From a virus (lineage: Duplodnaviria > Heunggongvirae > Uroviricota > Caudoviricetes): a stretch of 64,000 nucleotides of DNA. How positions within the stretch are numbered: the first letter of the stretch is position 1; the number at the start of each line of letters is the position of its first letter. The stretch lies in IMG/VR virus record IMGVR_UViG_3300046533_001163. One strand, written 5' to 3'. Both the position numbers and the translations under genes were made by a program. The notes beneath the pieces were generated by a model. It searched no databases and was not told where the DNA came from. It saw nothing but the letters and a program-made list of their open reading frames with translations. Shown here in pieces: positions 54,094 through 64,000 of the stretch.

Positions 54094-54811
54094 TTCACAT
54101 TAAGTTAGGTCAATTTGATCGAGGATGTGGGCCGGGAGCCGTAACCATTCCTCCAACGAAAAACTAGTTTTCAAATTGTGAACCAGCCGACACTTCCCGC
54201 CACGATACCTCAAGCAAAATCCATCGGGAATTTCTTTGAACTTGTCCAGCCATATTTTTTCCGCAGAATGTTGGTCTGCAATGAACAAGTACGCAATTAA
54301 AACAATAGCTGGCCAGAAAACAGATGACAGTATAATAATAGGCAATACCATTATCCACCACCCTTTACTCTACGTAAATAAGAAATGAAAACCATTTCCA
54401 TATATCTCAATAACTTATGCACTTCTTCATTATTAAGATCTGATGGAAGCCGCAAAGCACCCTCAATAGAATTGCAACTCTTGGTATCGCTAATCATAAT
54501 AGACGTATACCCTGAGTGCGGGGCTGGCGTACCAATCCGGCAATAAATGTCGTCAATTTGTTTTTCAATTCTCGTTTGATCATCTAGTGTTTGCATCTAC
54601 GTCTCCTAAGTAAAATTGTTATTCGGGATAATCCTGTGCCTGTTCATCAAGAGACTCTGCATTATAAGTAAGAATCTCTTGAATTTCCGCTCTTAGCTTT
54701 TTTGATACCTTCTTAACTGCTCCAATACGGAGCAAATAATCTTCAAACGCGGAGACAACGATTTTCCCGCCAATAAACTCTGCCAAGTAGTTTACGGTGC
54801 TTCTTTTCATT

Positions 54812-55099
54812 TCATTGGTCCTTAACATGTTGGATCAAGCTCTCAATGTACTGCAAACCAGATAATTTAACCTCTTTAATGGCATTACTTAATGAGGGTA
54901 AATTTGCACCATAAGGAGCATTCTGTATTAGGTTAAAAGTACACACGGCCATTATACGAGAATTCGGGGATGGACTATAAAGCTGCATCTCATAAGTAGC
55001 AGGAACTGATGTAACAGGACGAACAAAAAGATTCTTTCTTTTATAATAATTATCAACTTTATTAAAACCATTTCCTGAAAAAAATTGGTCAATTGTCAT
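54812..55099 (-). CDS. Small paralog family A-like member (tentative)
   Basis: FFSGNGF...KLSGLQYIESLIQ. Confidence 0.4.
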   Translation of the reverse strand: MTIDQFFSGNGFNKVDNYYKRKNLFVRPVTSVPATYEMQLYSPSPNSRIMAVCTFNLIQNAPYGANLPSLSNAIKEVKLSGLQYIESLIQHVKDQ

Positions 55100-55587
55100 G
55101 GTCCTAAAATATCCTGTGGTAAATCTACTGAATCTGGAACAAATTCTCTTGTGTCTTTTTTATGAACTAACCGATAGTATGGACTTGAGAATGGCCAAGA
55201 ATAAATTCCGCAATACCATTGCTTATACGTAATACGCTCTAGTAATAAATGTTCTACGCTGACAAAAGACTTACTCTGCTTAACTCCCCCGCCATCCGCA
55301 TAGGGAATTTCCATTTCATAAACATCTATTGCTTCATCTTGAAAAACTGCCCGGTAATCAATATTCAATGACTGAGTATTTCGAACTTTTGCAATATTAA
55401 CAACATCAACGTTGCTTATCTCACGCTTACAAGACATCCAACAACCAACCCAAATAGAAAAAATAAATGCAACAAATGCAACAGAACCCCACTCATCTAT
55501 GGGATTTTCTTCTATCGCCAATGCTGCTGAAATGAGGAATAAAAGCACTATTATGAAAAACAATAGAAAAAGCATCGATGGTTTCCA

Positions 55588-55600
55588 AATGGATAACTAG
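55588..55600 (-). promoter_or_regulatory. CTAGTTATCCATT motif variant
   Basis: 11/13 match, 12 nt before ATG at 55575. Confidence 0.55.
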
Positions 55601-55641
55601 GTTCCTAAAGAATCCGACCGCTGATTATACCATAAATAGAA

Positions 55642-56331
55642 TCAGCCGTCAATCAATTTTATTGATAAATCCTCGGAGATATCAAAAACAAACGGCTTAT
55701 TCATAGGCGTATATCTCTCATTTACAAGAGACGCATTAACGACAATGGTTTTGCCGCGCAGCCTAAGTCCCCTTCCAGAGTGGATATGACCGTTCACGGC
55801 CACTAATGGCTGTATCTCATCAATTTTTTTCAGCAAAGACTTACTGCCTACTTGCTCGGGAACCGAACCCTCGTCATGTGCAATAGTCGTATCGCCATAA
55901 CCGTAAGGAGGGCCATGCGTGACCAGAATATGGCAATCTGGAATCTGATTATATTTTTTATCTAAATCAGGCTCATCAAGATTAAACGCCCAATCGTAGA
56001 ATCTTCTCTGCCATGGCGAGAAGTAAAATACGATCCCGTCAATTTCGCACCAGTTATCAGTGTAAAATTTACACTTAATGTCCGTTGGAACTAGATGAGG
56101 CGCAATCTCACCAATGAAGTCGTGATTTCCCCAGCAGGCGACTGCTCGTTTAACTGGCTGAGCATCCAGCCAATCCCTAAAGTCGCTATTCAGCCACGCC
56201 ATTTGCTTGTGTATATCATGCATCCCGCGCGGCACTATATCACCTGCGATTACCAAAACATCGCATTCTGGAATATTAATAAGGTATCCATGAATATCAG
56301 ATATAAATGCAATTCTAATCATTTTTTCCAT
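55642..56331 (-). CDS. Calcineurin-like metallophosphoesterase
   Basis: ISDIHG, AGD, GNHD, THGPP, GHIH. Confidence 0.9.
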   Translation of the reverse strand: MEKMIRIAFISDIHGYLINIPECDVLVIAGDIVPRGMHDIHKQMAWLNSDFRDWLDAQPVKRAVACWGNHDFIGEIAPHLVPTDIKCKFYTDNWCEIDGIVFYFSPWQRRFYDWAFNLDEPDLDKKYNQIPDCHILVTHGPPYGYGDTTIAHDEGSVPEQVGSKSLLKKIDEIQPLVAVNGHIHSGRGLRLRGKTIVVNASLVNERYTPMNKPFVFDISEDLSIKLIDG

Positions 56332-58743
56332 TTCTCAATGTACGATTCTGCATCTTCCATAGTTTTAAATATATGATCATTTATCAAATCGGCAGATGGA
56401 ACCACAATACTTATATGCTTCCTCCGTTCACCATAACCGGATACATATAGCCTACCAGGCAGTTCAAATATCTGCATATCAGATATAATAAAAGGTCTAG
56501 GTTTTATCCTACGTGTAATTTGCCAAACTTTTGATCCTAGCTTAATATAATCAGGTAAATGAAGCTGGTTTACTATCTCCTTACAGTACTTGCCGATATC
56601 GATATAATCATTAAGAATATCTAAAGCAAATTGCTCTTCATCGATATGAGTACCATTAATCAATTTAAGATCACTCTCAATAGAATTAAAATTATCAAAA
56701 ATGCTACACCCAGGATCATATCCTATTTCTTGAGCACTCCAACTTACTATCTGATGCACTAATGTAACCGCCTTATTCGTCGGATATCTTTTTTGTAAAA
56801 AATAACAACCAACAATCAAAGATTCATAATCTCTATCACTGGAATAATGTAGTTTATTGTTATTAATATAAAAAGATTGATTTTTCACGTTAAATACTCC
56901 TGGTTTAAAATGATCAAAGTGGCTAAATCTATGCTTCCCTTAACCTCGCATACTTCATGAATTTTATTTAATAAACGCGCATGGCTTGTTAGCGTGCGCC
57001 TAAGATATCTTATTTCTATGAGATTGTCAATCTCATTCATAATACTTTCTTCTGTTTCACGTATCATCTGTTAATATACCATGTTCGCTTAAAAGCGTAA
57101 TCAAAAGGCTGGCGGTTATAACGCCATCATTCTGAAGAATATTAATCAACTTAGTTATTAACTGAAGATAATTAAGGTGAACTACTTCTGTGATTTCTGC
57201 CTCTTCGGTCAATTCATTTATCTGTGTATAGGCCCTTATTAGTCTATCATTAAGATAGACTCTATCCTGCCCAATATCATTGAGCCGGGACTTCAGCCTT
57301 TTTAAAACAGCCTGATTAGTAGCCGTCATTAGATTCTCTTGAGTTCTTCCACTATGTTCCATAGCTTGGGGCCATAATTAATAAGTCCCTCCCATTGGCA
57401 ATATTCTGAAAACATTTTTCTAATATCCATCTGAAGAATATCTTCATCAGAATGACTGCGCTCATGTAGAGCGTCTAGGACTTCTTCAGGAATGTCTGAA
57501 AGCTTCATGGTTTTATTTTCAGCAACAGGACCAAGGAATGAGATTAAAAAATACCTTCCTATCGCACATCAAAACATAATGATTAATTCATTCGCCAGTT
57601 ATATGATCAAAAGTTGTTCTGCCGTCAAAAACTTCAACTAGTGGCGATCCACAAAGAACGCAAAACTTAGCGCCTTCTTTATGTGGCGAATAATAATGCA
57701 GGACTTTTTCAATCTTTTGCATGATTAAAAGTAATCTCGTAGATTGTCAACAATAGGAAGGTATCCATTAAGTCGCAATAGTTTTTTAACCGCGTTATAA
57801 GCATCGTGAACATCTTCATTATCGCTACAGCATCCGCCGCCGGAATCACTATGCTGATTCCTTAACTCAAAAGCTTCACATAACGCATCATCCTTGTCCC
57901 GCAACGGATTCGCTGAATTGAAGCCGCAAAGGTGGATTGAATCATCAACCCCTGGAACTTTCAGAATCACCAACGATGTATCGTAATCACCGCCAGCTTC
58001 ATCAGAAGTTATTACAAGATGAGGCAGGGCATCCTGCAACCACTTCTTAATTCCATCTGTGTTCCAATGAACCATATTCTTGTTCCTTAGAGAAGGATGG
58101 ATTCCACGGCAGAAACCTTGCTTTCCTGCTTCGTCTTTTCGGCCTTTGCCATGTTCCAAACCTGAAGGATCTGGGAAACGCGATGAGGAGCAAACCCGTA
58201 AACTTCAACATGATCCGTCTTGAAGTAGAGAGCTGAGCGAACGATGAACTTAGCCATCACTTCTTCCATGGACTGCGGCAGTTCATGCTCCTGATGATGA
58301 ATATCCAGATCATGATTCAATCGACGACCGCGAGTCTTCAGTCCGTTTGCACGGCCAGCAGCACGCTTCGCACCTTCAATCGGATCAAACTTATCCATCT
58401 TGTACTTGCACTTGGTCCAGCCGATTCGGACCTTATTGTCCCCTTCGTCACCAATGGCGACCATCGTACCAACTCTGAGAGGCGTGCCGGTGCGCTTCCT
58501 CACATGTTCTGCGATTGACTTCATGATTTCTCCTTGTTTGTAGAATGCTTGCTGCTAGGTCTTGGTGTCCAAATGTCAATACCTTGTTCATAGCAAAAAA
58601 CTCGCCACTCTAAAACTTCTGGTGGAACATGATTTATTTCAAAATCTTCTAATGTTGTATTTAGCGGGACAACATTAATGCTAATGTTTTCTTCTTGCTC
58701 GCACCAAAATAGGTTCTCTTCATCATAAAGGTTCATAAATCTT

Positions 58744-58756
58744 TATGGATAACTAA
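58744..58756 (-). promoter_or_regulatory. TTAGTTATCCATA motif copy
   Basis: Exact copy, 7 nt before ATG at 58736. Confidence 0.75.
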
Positions 58757-59260
58757 CTATTCCCAGTCGTCCTCATACTCAAAATCAATACTATTGTTCG
58801 TTCGCTCTTCCTCAGGAAAATCATGGGGGAATACTCTACCGCGAACTATATCGTTAACGCCAGGAAAATGCTTCTCTAATTCACCAGAAAAGAACTTAGC
58901 CTTGCCTACACCGCATTGATAGATCAATATCCCTAAACAATTCGGATGATAACTCTTAAAATGCTTCAGGTAGTCATACTTAGTGGGACTTGGAGTTACG
59001 GCGATAGTGTTAATCCCGCCAAATGTCTTATCAAGTAAACCAAGCAGCTTTGCAGTCGTCCAACGAGGCTCTCCCTTACGGAAGGTCGGAAACCCATCAA
59101 TCAAAAAGCGCAAAAAGAAATTGCCAATTTCAATTGCCGAAGAACTGCCGATAGCATGAAAGAAATTCTCTGTAGGATATAAAGTAATAGCGCACGGAGC
59201 ACCTTCCACATAAATGATTACCGGCTTTGTCATGCATTTTTCCTTCGGGGCAATGATTGT

Positions 59261-59273
59261 TATGGATAACTAA
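59261..59273 (-). promoter_or_regulatory. TTAGTTATCCATA motif copy
   Basis: Exact copy overlapping the upstream stop, 27 nt before ATG at 59233. Confidence 0.75.
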
Positions 59274-59650
59274 TAATCAAAAGTTTGCACAACTTCATCA
59301 TCTTCAATCGCGTCGGTAAATCCCCAATCATCCAAAAAATCTTGCAGGTCTTGTTTCTTATCTGCGCAAAACGTAGTAGTTTCTCCGTTGCCCGCGACAT
59401 ACTCATCTTCGTTAATATAAACAACCCTTTTTTTGCCTTTAATTAAAGGGATTCCGCCTAGCTTCTTTTTCTTCCCTATATCAGCGCAACCATTCTCAAG
59501 ATCATAGACCCATCCGTGAATGGTATGCGATGTACCATAAAACTGATCGTCAAGGAATTCACGTAGATTAACATTCAAATTCGGCGGAAGACGATCCCTA
59601 TCGCCGCCCGCAAAAACAGTTGCTTTAAATGGAACTACGTCTGCACTCAT
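59270..59650 (-). CDS. Acidic hypothetical protein, tandem paralog 1
   Basis: DVVPFK...NVNL..FLD...Y.NE.EY....ET.TFC...L.DF..DWGF.D. Confidence 0.6.
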   Translation of the reverse strand: MSADVVPFKATVFAGGDRDRLPPNLNVNLREFLDDQFYGTSHTIHGWVYDLENGCADIGKKKKLGGIPLIKGKKRVVYINEDEYVAGNGETTTFCADKKQDLQDFLDDWGFTDAIEDDEVVQTFDY

Positions 59651-59660
59651 GTTCTGCTCC

Positions 59661-60050
59661 TTAATCGGTCATGTGAACTTTTTTATTACGCTCAATAATG
59701 TCATCAAAACCCCAATCATTACAAAACTCTATTAACGACTCTTCGTTATTAGAGCAAAAAGTACTAGTTTCTCCACCCACATTAGAATACTCATGCTCAT
59801 TAACATAATAAACAGTTTTATCTCCCTTTACGAAAGGTGTGCCATGTAATCTTTTATTTTTCCCAAGCATAGGAAATTTATTATAATCAAACTTCCACTC
59901 TTTTATCGCCCCTACATACTCATCCTCGCATATCAAATCCAAAAATACCTTAAGGTTAACGTTTGCGGTATCCGGCGGATGATTCGTATCTCCATCAACC
60001 AATGGCGTTATTTTAAATGGAACAACGTCTGAAGTGGCATGTCTTCCCAT
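59661..60050 (-). CDS. Acidic hypothetical protein, tandem paralog 2 (start re-called at MGRHAT)
   Basis: Same motif pattern as the neighbouring gene. Confidence 0.6.
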   Translation of the reverse strand: MGRHATSDVVPFKITPLVDGDTNHPPDTANVNLKVFLDLICEDEYVGAIKEWKFDYNKFPMLGKNKRLHGTPFVKGDKTVYYVNEHEYSNVGGETSTFCSNNEESLIEFCNDWGFDDIIERNKKVHMTD

Positions 60051-60051
60051 T

Positions 60052-61059
60052 TTAGCACCTTGCGAGAAATTGCTGTTTGACATCATCGATAGAATTATCA
60101 AAAACAAAATCCAAATATTCGTTCTTATTGCTAAAGGACTTAATAAACTTCTCTATGGCATCGCCTAAATCTTTACCGTTCTTTCCACTCCATTGTGAAG
60201 CTAGCTCGCCATTAAACTTAGATTTAATCAATTTGCTTCTTTCATAACCTATCTTGGCTAACTCCAATTCGCCTTTAAGGTGAGGAAAAGCAACTATGAT
60301 CATCGGCAGATAAGAATTTTTCTTATCATCAAACTGATACTGAGAATACTTATGTTTATTAACTTCCAGCCATTCCAAGAAATACTTGTACGTATTTCTC
60401 TTTTTATTTCTGGTTCTGTTGGCCGTGTTCAGATTTTCATACTTGAACTTGTCCGCGTTAAAATGCCTGCCACGACAAACCCAATCAAACATTTCTTCCA
60501 AGGTATCAAAACCATTCTGGAAATGCTTATAGTCAAACCCGCAAAAATTCAATATCTCTTCTGGGTTTTTACTCAGGCAAACATCCCGCAAGATATGCGT
60601 ATTATTAGCGCCATCTTCAATATGCTCTGGCCTAATGGTAAAAAATAGCCCCATGTGACCATATTTCAGGCCGATAGAGTGGAAAGACCTGCCGCAAAGA
60701 TTTCCAGCATCGTTCCAAGAGTAATACGCCAAAGCAATATCAAAATCATCTGGACGAACGTAAATAAAATCTATCTGGAAGTCTTTATATGGGAAAGAGT
60801 AGCATTCCCCATTATGGATTGGGTCTACATTGAAAAGTTTTTGTATAACTTCTCTAGGATTAACATCATCATAAGATTTAATTAAAATATCGGCATCGCC
60901 AAAATCTGGCTTGCTGCGATATGATGGAATTACAATATAATCGTCTTTATGATACCGTAGTTGTAAACCATACTCAATTTCAGAAGTAATCTGCCTATAT
61001 TCTTCGGCGGATATACGTCTAGGCTCAATGCCGAAAGCACGAATTGCACGACCGCCCAT
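60052..61059 (-). CDS. Pol-beta-superfamily nucleotidyltransferase (phage family)
   Basis: SY..K.DFGDADIL (G-DxD) and FQIDF third Asp. Confidence 0.65.
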   Translation of the reverse strand: MGGRAIRAFGIEPRRISAEEYRQITSEIEYGLQLRYHKDDYIVIPSYRSKPDFGDADILIKSYDDVNPREVIQKLFNVDPIHNGECYSFPYKDFQIDFIYVRPDDFDIALAYYSWNDAGNLCGRSFHSIGLKYGHMGLFFTIRPEHIEDGANNTHILRDVCLSKNPEEILNFCGFDYKHFQNGFDTLEEMFDWVCRGRHFNADKFKYENLNTANRTRNKKRNTYKYFLEWLEVNKHKYSQYQFDDKKNSYLPMIIVAFPHLKGELELAKIGYERSKLIKSKFNGELASQWSGKNGKDLGDAIEKFIKSFSNKNEYLDFVFDNSIDDVKQQFLARC

Positions 61060-61677
61060 GGCTATTCAATCCCTAGAAGTTCGTCCTTAACTCGTTCTTT
61101 CCTAGTTTTCGTATGGGTAGCGGTACACTTAGAAACAATATTCAAACAGTATCCAAGTCCAAGAAGGGTATCATGAACGCGATTATAATCTTTGCTCACA
61201 GCAATTTTAGTTTTATGAGATAGATCAGTATAATCTACAGAACCAAACCGAGAAAGACTGGAATAACACTTGCAAAATTTCCCAGAAATATCCGTAGGCA
61301 CTTCAGGAAAAACTGCAACTATTTCTCCAGTCTTTCTGCTAATTCGGTAAATCACATCCAACGACATTATTACGCCACCTTTTGGTTAATAATGTCGTAG
61401 TAGGTGTGAAAGCAGGATTCGTGAGTACAATACACCCGACTCTTCTCACGATACCGCTTGAAGCGATGCGTGCGACGAATGTGTGTATGGCACAGGAGGC
61501 ACTCAGCAGTGTCCCCTTTAGATTTCATGGTGGGAAGGTGCTCCCACTTGTACATCAGGTCGCCTCTACTGAGTCCGGCAGGCCCGGCTACAGTAATAGA
61601 ATCAGCAGTTCGCTTGTTTCTAAGACCATCTGAATCTTCAGTACCAAACATCATCGCACCACATTTCCAATTATTTG

Positions 61678-61884
61678 TTACTCGTCGTCATCTTCCTCGT
61701 CTAAGGTATCAACCTCAAACTCGTCTTCGTCGTCAATGTCAAGTTCATCAAACTCTTCGTCAAATTCGTCTTCATCAAAATCGTCGTCTTCAACTTCTTC
61801 ATCGTCGTCAAAGTCGTCTAACTCTGAATCGGTTCCGTTGCCCCATCCATCTTCGTCTTCAATTTCTTCTTTGTCGTTCAGCAT
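61678..61884 (-). CDS. Extremely acidic D/E-rich small protein
   Basis: 68 aa, mostly Asp/Glu with periodic F/L; SD AGGA; motif copy upstream. Confidence 0.65.
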   Translation of the reverse strand: MLNDKEEIEDEDGWGNGTDSELDDFDDDEEVEDDDFDEDEFDEEFDELDIDDEDEFEVDTLDEEDDDE

Positions 61885-61921
61885 GATTGCGTTCCTGTTT
61901 AATGAACCATCAATGATTTGT

Positions 61922-61934
61922 CATGGATAACTAA
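61922..61934 (-). promoter_or_regulatory. TTAGTTATCCATG motif copy
   Basis: 12/13 match just after the map stop, 37 nt before ATG at 61884. Confidence 0.7.
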
Positions 61935-61936
61935 CA

Positions 61937-62683
61937 TTATAGCCAAATCTCACTGTCTGTCAAGATTTCTGCATGGTTTTTACATACTAAAATTGTATGC
62001 TCAAATTGCGCAGACATTCCACCATCCTTTGTTCGCGCAGGCCATCCTTCCATAATAATCTCTGAACTACCTGTGTTGATAATCGGTTCAATGGTAAAAG
62101 TCATACCCTCATCAATAATCTGACCGCTGTCCTTTTCTGCTTCATGATAAATGGTCGGGGATTCATGAAACTCTAGGCCAACTCCATGCCCTGTAAAAGA
62201 GCTACAAACAGAAAAACCACATCGGTTAACATACCGACTTATTTCATACCCAATGTTGCCTAAGTAATTGCCATTCTTTACTTGCTTTATTCCGATATAC
62301 AAAGAGTTTTTTGCTACCTGTAACAGCTTTGCCGCATTATGGCTTACTTCGCCTACTGGATAGGTAAAACAGGTATCTCCATAATATCCGTCAACTATAG
62401 TCGCAACATCAATGCCAACTATGTCACCGTTTTTAATTACAGTGCCGTCTGGTATACCATGACAAACAAAATTATTAACGGATATACATGTCGCAGCAGG
62501 AAAACTTTTATAGTTCAAAGGCGCAGGTATACCGCCATTTTTTCTTATAAAATCTTCTATTAGATTGTTCAGCTCTAGTGTAGTTACGCCTGCTTTAACG
62601 AACGGCTTAATAAAAACTAAAACATCAGCAGATAGCTTGCTGCTTTTTCTAATACCGGCGATTTCGCTATCTGTTTTAATCAA
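61937..62683 (-). CDS. map: Methionine aminopeptidase type I
   Basis: CISVN..VCHGIP, D...IVDGYYGDT, GHGVG..FHE.P, FTIEPI, SAQFEHT. Confidence 0.95.
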   Translation of the reverse strand: MIKTDSEIAGIRKSSKLSADVLVFIKPFVKAGVTTLELNNLIEDFIRKNGGIPAPLNYKSFPAATCISVNNFVCHGIPDGTVIKNGDIVGIDVATIVDGYYGDTCFTYPVGEVSHNAAKLLQVAKNSLYIGIKQVKNGNYLGNIGYEISRYVNRCGFSVCSSFTGHGVGLEFHESPTIYHEAEKDSGQIIDEGMTFTIEPIINTGSSEIIMEGWPARTKDGGMSAQFEHTILVCKNHAEILTDSEIWL

Positions 62684-63660
62684 GATGATCGGCTTCTTAT
62701 GAAAGAATTTTTACTTGTATTTACCATGCTTTTCAAACTGCCAAGATGAATGAACTTAATTTTATCTATTAATAAAACTTCTTTCCACTGCATTGTATTA
62801 TAATCGGCTGTTGCGTGCTTATACGAAAAGTAAATACCATCATCCTGAATAACTTGAAATTCAACTACGTCGCCAGCGTGCATCAGGTCAGTATTATGAG
62901 GATATCTGCCCTTGGATTTATTGCTTAATATTTTAAACTTATAAGTTCCAGGTACTTTTATTTTAGATTTCGGCATTTCTGGTTCTTACAAATGAAGGCG
63001 ATGGGCATCTGCACAAGCTAACTATCGCATTCAAAGATGCAAATTTTACCTTTTGATTACCCATAAACCTCACTTCGTCATAGCCAATTTGATGACTTTT
63101 ACAACTATTTTCGCCTGATAACTTATAATGAAAGATATTACGTTCAACCGCCACAACAAACAAATCAGCTAACTCTCCGATTTTCAAAAGCCTATTCTCT
63201 GTTGGATGGTTTGCATGAGAATAATTTCTTAAAACCTTCACTTTAACAATTTTTCCGGCTCTGATGTTTTGCACATTAGTACCCAGTACCATGCAAACGG
63301 AAAATTACCAAAGACCATATAACTTCTGCCATCGGCAACTTATACGGAAAATTCTTATGTAGCCATTGTACTAGCGTGCCCATGCCAAAAGCAGCATTCG
63401 TCTTATAAATCTCATAGAATTGATCGGCCAAATCAGAATCTGAATAAACAGAAATATTCTCCAGCAATATTTTCTCTGCTTCTTCTACCATCACTCTATG
63501 AATATCTCTTAAGGTTTTTTCTTTATACGCCGCCGACAAAACACGATTCGTATTCTTTCTGTTGCTGAAAAAATACTTTTCATAAACGTCAAGCGTTTGT
63601 AAGCCGATCCCTAATTTTCTTAGGGCAGGATACAATGTCGTATGATTAAAATCAACTTTA

Positions 63661-63990
63661 TCACTCTCCAATTTTCACTTCCTCTTCTTGAGGCGCTACT
63701 TGTGTAGCTTCTTCTTCTTTTTTCTTATACAGCAAGTGGCCTTTTGGCTCTAGCTTGGCGTAACTCTTAGGAAAGCACAATCTAAATAAATTGATGGACC
63801 AAGTACATGTTTTTACTTCGTTCTTTCCTAAGGCATGTCCGTATTCATGTAAGAACACTACCACTGAATATTTGCCGTCAGATTCTGGTTCCATAAATAT
63901 GGTCTTGGCCATCGGGAAATAACAGCTCGGAACACCTGGTTTAAAAATTAACGTAGGCACTGGAATATTGTAAATCGCAGACAAGGCCAC
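63661..63990 (-). CDS. Zincin-like (ImmA/IrrE-type HExxH) protein
   Basis: VVFLHEYGHA...NEVKT. Confidence 0.5.
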   Translation of the reverse strand: MALSAIYNIPVPTLIFKPGVPSCYFPMAKTIFMEPESDGKYSVVVFLHEYGHALGKNEVKTCTWSINLFRLCFPKSYAKLEPKGHLLYKKKEEEATQVAPQEEEVKIGE

Positions 63991-64000
63991 ATTTAGCTTT

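Noticed and set aside
374-61934. Motif copies as a replication origin (DnaA-box cluster)
   Set aside because: The copies are dispersed one per gene junction over 61 kb with fixed spacing to ATGs, not clustered beside an AT-rich unwinding element. DnaA titration is kept only as a minor alternative.
128-63000. Most plus-strand ORFs in the track (e.g. 8766-9617, 16315-17160, 44685-45236)
   Set aside because: They are antisense shadows of well-supported minus-strand genes, with no motifs or SD. Only groES and the cupin are accepted.
1-64000. Stop-codon recoding (code 4/15) as seen in some jumbo phages
   Set aside because: Conserved enzymes are full length in the standard code, and TAA, TAG and TGA all terminate genes.
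1-64000. Eukaryotic giant virus origin (suggested by HRxDGPA repeats, SET, Pth2, split CoaB/CoaC)
   Set aside because: Bacterial SD sequences, overlapping operon-like gene packing, Tat/Sec leaders, GroES and a bacterial-type initiator tRNA favour a bacteriophage.

Overview
This window reads as the accessory/early region of a large lytic (jumbo-type) bacteriophage. It carries well over 100 short, tightly packed ORFs, almost all on the minus strand, in the standard genetic code with bacterial Shine-Dalgarno sites. No capsid, tail, terminase or polymerase genes are recognisable. Recognisable cargo falls into four groups. (1) RNA repair/translation: two Rnl2-type RNA ligases, Tpt1/KptA, RNase Z, a DEDD exoribonuclease, Pth2, Met aminopeptidase, an atypical initiator tRNA, a YqeY fusion and a bL12 N-terminal-domain mimic. 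(2) NAD/ADP-ribose: NAMPT-like + PRS-like (NARP1-type pair), macrodomain, NADAR. (3) Metabolism: CoaB, a CoaC-M23 fusion, MgsA, an alarmone-hydrolase-like HD protein, a MazG-like protein. (4) Others: GroES, a SET-domain protein and homing endonucleases. A 13-nt motif (minus strand TTAGTTATCCATA) occurs at least 26 times in one orientation, usually 7-12 nt before a start codon. The most striking unexplained signal is a set of four intergenic covarying hairpins with a conserved T(T/A)RCAGCAA loop. They are confined to about 3.1 kb around a DUF2828 (TROVE/Ro60-like + vWA) gene and the tRNA, which suggests a Ro-like protein plus small-RNA system. A second is a family of five twin-arginine (Tat)-leader proteins carrying HRxDGPA repeats. 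A Planctomycetota-like host is an inference only. All calls come from reading motifs by eye; no searches were run.
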